DNA of 64,000 nucleotides from Actinomycetota bacterium (lineage in GTDB: Bacteria > Actinomycetota > Acidimicrobiia > Acidimicrobiales > Microtrichaceae): the NCBI GenBank assembly GCA_044508215.1, contig JBIQID010000003.1, positions 10,000 to 73,999 on the forward strand, written 5' to 3'. The translations under genes were made by a program, and so were the position numbers. This document shows positions 40,092-48,352 of this stretch, in pieces. The notes below the pieces were generated by a model. It was given only the letters and a program-made list of their open reading frames with translations, had not been told where the DNA came from and did no database searches. Numbering within the stretch: position 1 is the stretch's first letter; each line of letters opens with the position of its first letter.

Positions 40092-41223
40092 GGGTCATTG
40101 GAGCGGTGCGGACCGGACCGGCCGCTGGATGAAGGAGGCGACCGAGGTCGCCGAGGTCGTCGGCGAGGCAGCCGCACGCCACGACCGCGACGGCGACTTC
40201 GTCGGCGAGGAGGTGCAGCTGCTGCGGGAGCGGGGGTTCACCTCGATGCTCGTGCCGGCCGAGCTGGGCGGCGGAGGCGCCACCTACGGGGAGGCCTGTG
40301 CGGTGCTCGCCACGCTGGCCCACGGGTGCCCGGCGACGGCGCTGACCCTGTCGATGCACACGCACCTTGTCGCCGCCCAGGTGTGGCGCCTCCGCCATGA
40401 CCTCCCGGCTCCGGTGCTGGAGCGGGTCGCCCGAGAGGGGGTCGTCCTGGTCTCGACCGGTGCGTCCGACTGGGTCGACTCCGAGGGGATGGCCACGCAG
40501 GTCGACGGCGGGTTCCGCGTGTCGGGCCGCAAGGCCCCGTCGAGCGGTTGCCTGGCCGGTGACGTGCTGGTGACCAGCGCTCGGTGGGACGACGGGAGCG
40601 GCGAGGTGAAGGCGATCCACTTCAGCGTGCCGTTCGCCGCCGACGGCGTGAGCATCGAGGAGACCTGGAACACGATGGGCATGCGGGCGACGGGCTCCCA
40701 CACCGTCGTGCTCGACGACGTGTTCGTGCCGGAGGCGGCGGTGGCCCTGACCCGCCCTGCCGGGCAGTGGCACCCGATCTTCGACGTGGTCGTCGGGGCG
40801 GCGATGCCGCTGATCATGTCGGTGTACGTCGGGATCGCCGAGTCGGCGGTGGAACGGGCCATCGAGGTGGTCCGGGGCCGTCGCGACACCGAGGTCGCCG
40901 TGGCGGTGGTGGGGCGGATGCTCAACCAGCTCCACCAGGCGCAGGACGCGCTGGCGTGGATGGTCGCGGCGAACGAGGACCTGCGGTTCGCGAACACGGA
41001 CGAGCTGGCCGCCGGGATGCTGAGCCGCAAGACCACGATCGCCCAATCGACGATGGAGGCGGTGCGGCTCGCCATGGAGGCGGCCGGCGGTGCCGGCTAC
41101 TCGGTGCCCGCGGGCATCGAGCGCCTCTTCCGCGACGTGCACGCCGCGCCCTACCACCCGCTCCCCGCTGCGAAGCAGGAGCGCTTCACGGGCGGCGTGG
41201 CGCTCACGGGCCGGCCCGCCTGA
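40081..41223 (+). CDS. Acyl-CoA dehydrogenase-family protein
   Basis: RBS CAGGAGG upstream. ATG 40081; ATG 40129 is an alternative. LLRERGFTSMLVPAELGGGG and the three-domain ACAD layout. Confidence 0.85.
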   Translation: MMTTGHWSGADRTGRWMKEATEVAEVVGEAAARHDRDGDFVGEEVQLLRERGFTSMLVPAELGGGGATYGEACAVLATLAHGCPATALTLSMHTHLVAAQVWRLRHDLPAPVLERVAREGVVLVSTGASDWVDSEGMATQVDGGFRVSGRKAPSSGCLAGDVLVTSARWDDGSGEVKAIHFSVPFAADGVSIEETWNTMGMRATGSHTVVLDDVFVPEAAVALTRPAGQWHPIFDVVVGAAMPLIMSVYVGIAESAVERAIEVVRGRRDTEVAVAVVGRMLNQLHQAQDALAWMVAANEDLRFANTDELAAGMLSRKTTIAQSTMEAVRLAMEAAGGAGYSVPAGIERLFRDVHAAPYHPLPAAKQERFTGGVALTGRPA

Positions 41224-41239
41224 GCTCACCGGTGACGCC

Positions 41240-41269
41240 GGAGCCCCGACGCCTTCGCGTCGGGGCTCC
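41240..41269 (+). terminator. Stem-loop terminator after the ACAD gene
   Basis: GGAGCCCCGACGC-CTTC-GCGTCGGGGCTCC, a perfect 13-bp stem 17 nt after the stop. Confidence 0.6.
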
Positions 41270-41355
41270 GCCGCGCGATGTGTGGCGGGGACCTGGAGCG
41301 GGAAGCACTCGCCGCAGGAAGCGGGTGTCGTCCCGCAGGAGGAGAAGGGGTTCCC

Positions 41356-41499
41356 ATGACCACGTTGCTCTGGCTCATCGCGGTGGTGCTGGTGATCGCC
41401 GGCATCGTCACCCTCGTGAGGGGTGAGGTGCTGACGGGCGCCGTCCTGATCGTCGTCGGGCTGCTGGTCGGTCCCGGCGGGGTGTCGATCTTCGGGTGA
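41356..41499 (+). CDS. GPGG-motif small membrane protein (47 aa)
   Basis: ATG 41356 follows a GGAGAAGGGG RBS. Two hydrophobic helices ending in LLVGPGGVSIFG. Its stop overlaps the next gene's start (GTGA). Confidence 0.6.
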   Translation: MTTLLWLIAVVLVIAGIVTLVRGEVLTGAVLIVVGLLVGPGGVSIFG

Positions 41500-42107
41500 A
41501 CGTGTCGGCGGCATCCCCGCCGGTCTCCCTGCTCGCACTCGCATCCGCAGCCCACTTCGCCCGGCCCGGCTCCGTCGGGGTCCGGGAGGAGCGGTGGTTC
41601 CGCCGCCTGAACGCCTCGGTCGGGGCGGCCGAACCCGCCGTCTGGGGTGTGATGCAGCTGGGGAACGGCCTCGCATCAGCGGCGGCGCCGCTCTACGTGC
41701 GTGCACGTGGCGCCTCGTGGCAGAACGCCGCCCGGGTCGGGCTCGCCGGGTTCGGCGGGTGGCAGCTCGCGAAGGCGGTGAAGGTGGCGATCCCACGCGA
41801 ACGGCCCGCACGCCTGCTCGACGATGTGGCGCTGCGCGACGGGGACCCCGGTGGTCGCGGCTTCGTCTCGGGCCACGCCACGGTGGCGATGTCGATCGCG
41901 GTGGCGTCCGCACCGCTGCTCGCGCCGGTCGAGCGGGCGGTGGTCCTCGTCGCCGCAGCGGTGGTGGCGGGCGCCCGGGTGCACGTGGGCGCACACCTTC
42001 CCCTCGACGTCCTGGGAGGCCTGGCCCTCGGCACGTTCTGGGGTTCGGTCTGCGCTCCCCGGCGCGGGTCGACCCACCGGGGAGTGTCACAGGGGGTGCG
42101 CAGGTGA
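41496..42107 (+). CDS. PAP2-family lipid phosphatase
   Basis: PAP2 motifs KxxxxxxRP (KVAIPRERP), SGH (FVSGHAT) and SRxxxxxHxxxD-type (ARVHVGAHLPLDV). Confidence 0.85.
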   Translation: MNVSAASPPVSLLALASAAHFARPGSVGVREERWFRRLNASVGAAEPAVWGVMQLGNGLASAAAPLYVRARGASWQNAARVGLAGFGGWQLAKAVKVAIPRERPARLLDDVALRDGDPGGRGFVSGHATVAMSIAVASAPLLAPVERAVVLVAAAVVAGARVHVGAHLPLDVLGGLALGTFWGSVCAPRRGSTHRGVSQGVRR

Positions 42108-44611
42108 GCGCCCGCGGACCAGAGGCGGCACAGGACGAGGCGGCGCTCGAGGAGGTGCCGGACGACGAGGAGTCGTCACGTGGCGAACCCGACCCGGGAC
42201 CGGCGATCTCGGCAGCCGAGGAGGACGCCGGCAAGCTCGACCGGTTGACCGATCGGCTCCGCCACGCCGGCGAGTCGCTCGTCGACCTCGAACCGGAGGA
42301 CCCCGGCGCGCAGGTGCGCTACGAGCGCTCGTCCCGTGCGGTCATCCGGCTCCTCGCGTGCCTGCTGGGGATCGCCGCCGTGGGCGTGCTCGGCGAGCTC
42401 CTCCCGTCGGCCCACGACGGTCTCGAACAGGACCTGAACGAAGGGGTCGGCAGGTGGGCGTCGAGCATCGGCCGCTTCAGCGACGCCGCTGCCGTCATCG
42501 CGGCCGTGGTCACGATGGGGATCTCCATCGGTGCGTCGGTCGTGGCGCGTGCGGCGCGGCAGGTGGTCACCGCCACCGCAGCAGCAGCGGGGACCGCGTT
42601 CGTGGTCGTGGCCGCGGCTCGCATCGGCGGTGTCTCGCCGGGCGCGGTCAGCACCGAGGAATGGCTGATCGCCGTCGCTGCGGCGGGCATCGCGGTGACG
42701 GCGATGTCGTTCTCCGTCGTCGCGGCGCCGATGACGAGGCTGGCGGCCACGACGATCGCGGTGCTGCTCCTCGGGGGCGTGCTCGGCGGCAGCGTCTCCC
42801 TGGCCTCGCGAGCGATGGCGCTGCTCACCGGTGGGGCGGTCGGTTCCATCGCCGCCTTGGCGGTCGGCACCCGCACGCGGAGGATCGGCCGCGACGAGCT
42901 GGCGGCGGCGATGGCGGCGGTGCGCCTCCCGGTCGCCCACCTCAGGCCACACGACGGGGACGCCCGCGGGTCGCAACCGTGGACCGCGACGCTGGCGACG
43001 GGTCGGAAGGTGTTCGTGAAGGTCACTGCGGTGGACGAGCTGCGCTCCGACCAGCTCTTCCGCCTCTGGCGGCGTGTCGCCCTTCGACGGGCGGACGACG
43101 AGCGATCACCAGGGTCGGTGCGACGAGCGGTGGAGCACGAGGCGTTCGTGGCGCAGTTCGCCCGCGATGCCGGCGTGACCACGCCGTCGGTCCTGACTCT
43201 CGGGTCCCTCGGCGTGCGTCGCGGGATGTTCGCCGTGTTCAGCATCGTCGAGGGTGCGCCCCTCGACGAGCAGGAGGACATCGACGAACCGGTGCTGCGG
43301 TCGGCGTGGTCGCAGGTGCAGATCCTGCGCCGCTCCCGCATCGCCCACCGGGACCTCCGCGCTGCGAACCTGATGGTCTCGGACGGCGAGGTGTGCCTCA
43401 TCGACTTCGGCTTCGCCGAGATGGCCGCCACCCAGGACCTGTTGGACCGCGACCTGGCCGAGCTGCTCGTCTCGACCTCCGCGCTCGTGGGCGTGGAGCG
43501 GGCCGTCTCCGCAGCCGTGGCCGTGATGGGTGCCGACGAGATGGCGGCGGCGATCCCGTGGGTGCAGCCGCTCGCGGTGTCCACCGCCTCCCGACGTGCG
43601 CTGCCGAAGGAAGGCTTCGCCGAGCTCCGCGAGGCCGTCCGTGCCGCGGCGGGCATCAGCGCCCCCGAGCTCCCTCAACTGCGGCGCGTCTCGCCGAAGG
43701 CGCTCGTGGCGACGCTCGCGCTCGGCATCGCGGTCTGGGCGCTCCTGCCCCAGATCGGCAGCGGGGTCGACTGGGACGCCGTGCTCGACGCCAGTCCGGC
43801 CTGGGCGGCCCTCGCCGTGGTCGCCAGCGTGCTCACGTACGTGGGAGCGTCCCTGTCGATGTCCGGTTCGGTGCCCGACTCGGTGCCGTTGCCGGGAGCG
43901 TTCTTCGCGCAGCTGGCGTCGTCGTTCACCAACCGGATCACGCCGGCGAAGGTGGGCGGGCTGGCGCTGAACGTCCGCTACCTGTCGAAGCAGGGGGTCG
44001 ACACCGCGACCGCAGCCACCGGCGTGGCGGTCTCGACGGTGGCCGGCGTCGTCGTCCACGTCACGCTGATGGCGATCACCGTGCTGTGGGCGGGCAACGT
44101 CGGGATGTCCACGGTCAGCCTCCCGTCGCCTCGCATCCTGGTCCTGGTCGCGGTGGGGCTGGGGGCGGCCGCGGCGGTCGTCGCGGTCGTCCGTCCGCTG
44201 CGCGAGTGGTGCCGCAGCCGTGCCCTCCCGGCGCTGCGCCGGTCGCTCCGGTCGTTCGTCGAGGTCATGCGGTCGCCGCAGGACGTGGCGATGCTGCTGG
44301 GCGGATCCGCGCTCGTCACGGTGGCGAACCTGGCTGCCTTCTACGTGAGCCTGCTCGCGTTCGACATCGACGTCGCGCTGTCGACGGCAGCGCTCGTGTT
44401 CCTCGCGGGATCGGCGCTCGCACAGGCGGTCCCGACGCCCGGTGGGCTGGGCGCCACCGAGGCGGCCCTGGTCGGCGGTCTCATGGTGGTCTCGGTCGGC
44501 GAGCAGACGGCCATCCCCGCAGTGCTCCTGTTCCGGCTCGCCACGTTCTGGTTGCCGATCCTGCCCGGCTGGATCGCGTTCACGGTCCTGCAGCGGCGAG
44601 GAGCCATCTGA
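42104..44611 (+). CDS. Polytopic fusion protein: acidic N-tail, about 6 TM helices, protein-kinase-like domain, and a UPF0104/LPG-synthase-TM (flippase-like) domain
   Basis: GTG 42104 overlaps the PAP2 stop. Kinase-like motifs: VFVKV, IAHRDLRAANLMV, LIDFGFAE. C-terminal FTNRITPAKVGGLALNVRYL is typical of MprF-type TM domains. Confidence 0.8.
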   Translation: MSARGPEAAQDEAALEEVPDDEESSRGEPDPGPAISAAEEDAGKLDRLTDRLRHAGESLVDLEPEDPGAQVRYERSSRAVIRLLACLLGIAAVGVLGELLPSAHDGLEQDLNEGVGRWASSIGRFSDAAAVIAAVVTMGISIGASVVARAARQVVTATAAAAGTAFVVVAAARIGGVSPGAVSTEEWLIAVAAAGIAVTAMSFSVVAAPMTRLAATTIAVLLLGGVLGGSVSLASRAMALLTGGAVGSIAALAVGTRTRRIGRDELAAAMAAVRLPVAHLRPHDGDARGSQPWTATLATGRKVFVKVTAVDELRSDQLFRLWRRVALRRADDERSPGSVRRAVEHEAFVAQFARDAGVTTPSVLTLGSLGVRRGMFAVFSIVEGAPLDEQEDIDEPVLRSAWSQVQILRRSRIAHRDLRAANLMVSDGEVCLIDFGFAEMAATQDLLDRDLAELLVSTSALVGVERAVSAAVAVMGADEMAAAIPWVQPLAVSTASRRALPKEGFAELREAVRAAAGISAPELPQLRRVSPKALVATLALGIAVWALLPQIGSGVDWDAVLDASPAWAALAVVASVLTYVGASLSMSGSVPDSVPLPGAFFAQLASSFTNRITPAKVGGLALNVRYLSKQGVDTATAATGVAVSTVAGVVVHVTLMAITVLWAGNVGMSTVSLPSPRILVLVAVGLGAAAAVVAVVRPLREWCRSRALPALRRSLRSFVEVMRSPQDVAMLLGGSALVTVANLAAFYVSLLAFDIDVALSTAALVFLAGSALAQAVPTPGGLGATEAALVGGLMVVSVGEQTAIPAVLLFRLATFWLPILPGWIAFTVLQRRGAI

Positions 44612-44612
44612 G

Positions 44613-45407
44613 GTGTCGGTGGAGAGCGGCGCATCGTCGGCCGATGGGCTCATCGACGAGCCGCCCCTCGACGAGCCCGTCGACGAAGCGGCGCTGCTCG
44701 CCGATGCCGCCGCGGACTCGGCGGGGCTGCGCCGGGCCCGCCGCCGCGCCGGCTGGCTGGGTGCGGCGCTGCTGGCCGTCGCTGTCGCCCTCACCGTGCC
44801 GCTCCTGGTGGATGCCACCGATCCGTGGTTCCGACCCTTCGACGATGCCGTGCACGACTGGGCCGTCGACCACCGCGCCGATGGGGCGACCGCGCTGGCG
44901 AAGCTGCTCAGCGTCATCGGTTCGAGCTGGGTGACCCTCCCGGTTCGGCTCGGTGTGGTGCTGCTGCTCGTGGTGCGCCGCCGATGGACCCAGCTGGGGG
45001 CGTTCGTGGTGGCGATCGTGGCCGCCGAGTTGGCGACCGGGCCGCTGAAGGCGCTGGTCGGCCGTGATCGCCCCCTCGACCCCCTGGTGGTCACCACCGG
45101 GATGTCGTTCCCGTCGGGGCACGCGATCGCGGGCGCGGTGACCGCCTTCGGGGTGGTCGCTGCGCTCCTGCCGCGTGGTCGCCGGCGGTGGCACTGGTTC
45201 GTGGCCGCCAGCGCGTTCGCAGCCCTCATGTCGTGGTCACGGGTGTACCTCGCGGCCCACTGGGCCAGCGACACGATCGCGGGGACCGCCATCGGCGTGG
45301 GCGTGGCCCTGCTGGCCGAGGTGGCGTTCGAAGGGGGACGCACCGCGGTCGCCACCACCGTCGAGCCAGGTGCTGCCGACGGCCGACCGCCCCGCGAGCA
45401 GGGCTGA
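44613..45407 (+). CDS. PAP2-family lipid phosphatase (second copy)
   Basis: GTG 44613 lies 1 nt after the preceding stop. Motifs: KALVGRDRP, FPSGHA, SRVYLAAHWASD. Confidence 0.85.
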   Translation: MSVESGASSADGLIDEPPLDEPVDEAALLADAAADSAGLRRARRRAGWLGAALLAVAVALTVPLLVDATDPWFRPFDDAVHDWAVDHRADGATALAKLLSVIGSSWVTLPVRLGVVLLLVVRRRWTQLGAFVVAIVAAELATGPLKALVGRDRPLDPLVVTTGMSFPSGHAIAGAVTAFGVVAALLPRGRRRWHWFVAASAFAALMSWSRVYLAAHWASDTIAGTAIGVGVALLAEVAFEGGRTAVATTVEPGAADGRPPREQG

Positions 45408-45471
45408 CGCCGTCCGGGCGAGACTGTCCCGACGCACGGCCGACCGGCCCGTCAGCGCAACAGGGGGCGAC

Positions 45472-47136
45472 ATGGCAGCGGACATCGTGATCCGTGGCGG
45501 GGACGTGATCGACGGCACCGGGGCTCCGCGCCGGCGGGCGGACGTCGCCGTGACCGACGGGGTGATTTCCGACATCGGGACCGGGCTCGCGGGACGGCGT
45601 GAGCTGGACGCGTCGGGACACGTCGTCACGCCGGGCTTCATCGACATCCACACCCACTACGACGCCCAGGTGTTCTGGGATCCGCACCTCACGCCGTCGT
45701 CCCACCACGGGGTGACGTCCGTGGTCGCCGGCAACTGCGGGTTCTCGATCGCTCCGGTCCGCCCCGACCTGGTGCAGCTGCTGGCCCGCACCCTCCAGCA
45801 CGTGGAGGACATGGACCTCGACACCCTCACCGTCGGGGTGCCGTGGGACGAGTTCGAGAGCTTCCCCCAGTACCTCGACGCGGTCGCCCGGCGGGGCACC
45901 TCGTTGAACTACGGCTGCTACGTGGGCCACACCGCGCTGCGGTTGTGGGCGATGGGGGAGGAGGGGTACGAGCGGGAGCCGAGCGGCGCCGAGCTCTACG
46001 CGATGCGCGCCGCTGTCTCGGCTGCGATGGACGCGGGTGCCATGGGGTTCGCCACCTCGGCGTCGCCGACCCACAACGGCGACATGGGCCGACCGGTCCC
46101 CAGCCGGCTCGCCTCGCTCGAGGAGGTCCGCGTCCTGGCGGAGCCGCTCAGCGACGCCGGTCGGGGCGTGGTCGCGATGCTGCCCGGCGGGGTGTTCGAG
46201 CACCGGGAGGTGTTCGAGCTGCAGCGTGAGCTGGGCCGGCCGATCACCTGGACCGCGCTGCTGACCCTGAAGGGCAAGACCTACCACGAGCGGGTGATGG
46301 CGGAGCACGCCGCAGCGCGGGCTGAGGGGGTGGACGTCTGGCCGCAGGTGTCGTGCCGGCCGCTGGTGTTCCAGATGAACCTCGCCGATCCGTTCACGCT
46401 GAACATGCGGGAGTCGTTCCGGGCGCTCATGGGGGCTCCGGCCGAGGAACGCCTCGCCGCCTACCGGGATCCGACGTGGAGGGCCGCTGCGTGGGAGGAG
46501 CTGCAGGGGAGGGGAGCGCTCCCGTTCAACTTCGATGCGCTCTCGGTCGCCGAGAGCGACCTGCGTCCGGACCTGGTCGGTCGCAGCGTCCCGGAGCTGG
46601 CGGAGGAGCAGGGGGTCACGCCGCTCGACGTGATGCTCGACCTCTCGCTCGCCGATGACCTGCGGACGCGCTTCTGGTCGGTCCTCGCCAACGACGACCC
46701 GGACGCGATCGCGTGGCTGCTCCCTCGTGACGACGTCCTGTTGGGTCTCGCGGACTCGGGCGCGCACGTCAGCCAGCTCTGCGACGCGTGCTTCTCCACC
46801 GACCTTTTGGGCCCGTGGGTGCGGGATCGGGGCGTCATGCCGCTGGAACGAGCGGTCCACAAGCTCACGGCAGAACCGGCGGGCGTGTTCGGCCTGGAGG
46901 GCCGGGGCGTGCTCCGGCCCGGTGCCGCGGCCGACGTGGCGGTGTTCGATCCCGACACGGTGGCGCCGGGGCCCCTCCGACGGGTCCGGGACTTCCCGGC
47001 CGACGGCGAGCGGTTGACGGCCGACGCACCGGTGGGGATGGCCCACGTGTTGGTCAACGGGGTGCCGATCCGTGTCGACGGGAAGCCGGACGAGGAGGGC
47101 CTCGAGGGTCGGCCCGGCGTGCTGCTCGGACGCTGA
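45472..47136 (+). CDS. N-acyl-D-amino-acid deacylase-family amidohydrolase
   Basis: ATG 45472. Motifs: IVIRGGDVIDGTG, VVTPGFIDIHTHYD. The C-terminal ADVAVFDP is typical of D-aminoacylases. Confidence 0.85.
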   Translation: MAADIVIRGGDVIDGTGAPRRRADVAVTDGVISDIGTGLAGRRELDASGHVVTPGFIDIHTHYDAQVFWDPHLTPSSHHGVTSVVAGNCGFSIAPVRPDLVQLLARTLQHVEDMDLDTLTVGVPWDEFESFPQYLDAVARRGTSLNYGCYVGHTALRLWAMGEEGYEREPSGAELYAMRAAVSAAMDAGAMGFATSASPTHNGDMGRPVPSRLASLEEVRVLAEPLSDAGRGVVAMLPGGVFEHREVFELQRELGRPITWTALLTLKGKTYHERVMAEHAAARAEGVDVWPQVSCRPLVFQMNLADPFTLNMRESFRALMGAPAEERLAAYRDPTWRAAAWEELQGRGALPFNFDALSVAESDLRPDLVGRSVPELAEEQGVTPLDVMLDLSLADDLRTRFWSVLANDDPDAIAWLLPRDDVLLGLADSGAHVSQLCDACFSTDLLGPWVRDRGVMPLERAVHKLTAEPAGVFGLEGRGVLRPGAAADVAVFDPDTVAPGPLRRVRDFPADGERLTADAPVGMAHVLVNGVPIRVDGKPDEEGLEGRPGVLLGR

Positions 47137-47138
47137 CG

Positions 47139-47158
47139 GGGCTGGGGAGGGCCAGCCC
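47139..47158 (+). terminator. Stem-loop after the deacylase gene
   Basis: GGGCTGG-GGAGGG-CCAGCCC, starting 3 nt after the stop. Confidence 0.35.
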
Positions 47159-47398
47159 GGGCAGGCCTCTCGGGCGTCGACCGGGTAGTTCATCCCGAGT
47201 CCTCAAGGCGGGCTCGCGGCGGACCGATGGATGCGGTGACCACTCAGGTCTCGGCGTGGAGCGGTGCTGCCATCTCGGTTGGATGGCGATCCGGGCTGCG
47301 GCGTGGCCCGTGGTCGCCGACCGGCGGGCGCGCCCTCCGGTCGGGGGTCGGGAACACGGACGTTCCCCGACGACGACCTCGACACGACGAAACCTCAC

Positions 47399-48352
47399 AT
47401 GGCCCTGCTTCCACCGCCCAGGCTCGAGCCGACGCACCATCGACCCGTCGCGGTCCCGGCCGGCCAGATGCGGGGTGCGGGTCTCCTTCGTCCGGTCCCC
47501 ACCACCAGCGCTCGTACTGAGCGGCCGCATCGCAGGCGAAAGGCGGCGGGCGAGCTCGAGGCCCTCCTCGCCACCATGGACGCGTTCCCGTCGAACCCGA
47601 GCGTGGCGATGCGCGTGCTCTGGATCGCCGACGATCCCCGGGCCACCGCGCCGCTCCTCGCCAACACGCTCGAGCAGGACCCAGCGCTGACGGCTCGGGT
47701 GCTTCGCATCGCGAACTCGGCCTACTTCTCGCCCGGCTCGCGGGTCACGAACGTGCCGCGAGCCGTGGTGACCGTGGGGTTCGCCACCGTCCGAGCCCTC
47801 GCCGCCGGAGCGGTGACCGGCCTGGACGACGGCGGCCGGCTGCCCGACGACTTCTGGGAGCACTCGGCGCAGGTCGCCCACGCGACGGGGCTCGTCGCCC
47901 GCCAGCTGGGCGTCGGCGCGAACGACGCGTTCGCCGCCGGCCTGCTCCACGACCTCGGTGAGGGGATCATGTGCCGGACCGCGCCCGACGTGTGGGCGGA
48001 GATCGCCGAGGCGACGGAGACGGACACCACCGAGCGGCTCGACCTCGAGCGGGACCGCTTCGGCCACGACCACGCCGAGGTCGCGGGGAGGATCCTGCGG
48101 GCCTGGCACCTCCCCGAGTCGCTGAGCGACGCCGTCCGCACCCACCACCTCGCCGAGCCGGCGAACGCGCTCGGGCGGGCCCTGGCCTGCGGCGCGGCGT
48201 TCGCGTCGCTGGTGTGCGCCGAGCGCGATGACGAGCACCGGGAGGCGGCGCTCGAGAGGCTGGAGAGCGAGGGCATCACCGCCGAGTTCGTCGAGCGCGT
48301 GGGGCCCCGGCTCGCCGAGGAGACCGCTGCGCTCGCGGAGTCGTTCCGTTGA
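47399..48352 (+). CDS. HDOD-domain signalling protein
   Basis: Motifs: FPSNPSVAMRVLWIADDP, DPALTARVLRIANSAYF, GLLHDLGE. The start is uncertain: ATG 47399 or 47468. Confidence 0.75.
   Translation: MALLPPPRLEPTHHRPVAVPAGQMRGAGLLRPVPTTSARTERPHRRRKAAGELEALLATMDAFPSNPSVAMRVLWIADDPRATAPLLANTLEQDPALTARVLRIANSAYFSPGSRVTNVPRAVVTVGFATVRALAAGAVTGLDDGGRLPDDFWEHSAQVAHATGLVARQLGVGANDAFAAGLLHDLGEGIMCRTAPDVWAEIAEATETDTTERLDLERDRFGHDHAEVAGRILRAWHLPESLSDAVRTHHLAEPANALGRALACGAAFASLVCAERDDEHREAALERLESEGITAEFVERVGPRLAEETAALAESFR

Noticed and set aside
39946-42234. Long antisense ORFs (762 aa here). Others of the same kind: 11921-14146, 15035-16555, 43106-45358, 45226-47193, 47722-50220, 55387-57642
   Set aside because: Their translations are low-complexity (R/P/G/A-rich) with no motifs. 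They lie opposite genes with clear family signatures and operon structure. They are shadow ORFs caused by GC3 bias on the true coding strand.
47159-47398. c-di-GMP (GEMM) or other known riboswitch upstream of the HDOD/GGDEF-EAL operon
   Set aside because: I could not find the conserved GEMM-I/II, ydaO or other riboswitch core sequences by eye. Only generic GC-rich hairpins are present. The region is kept as a low-interest structured-leader observation.
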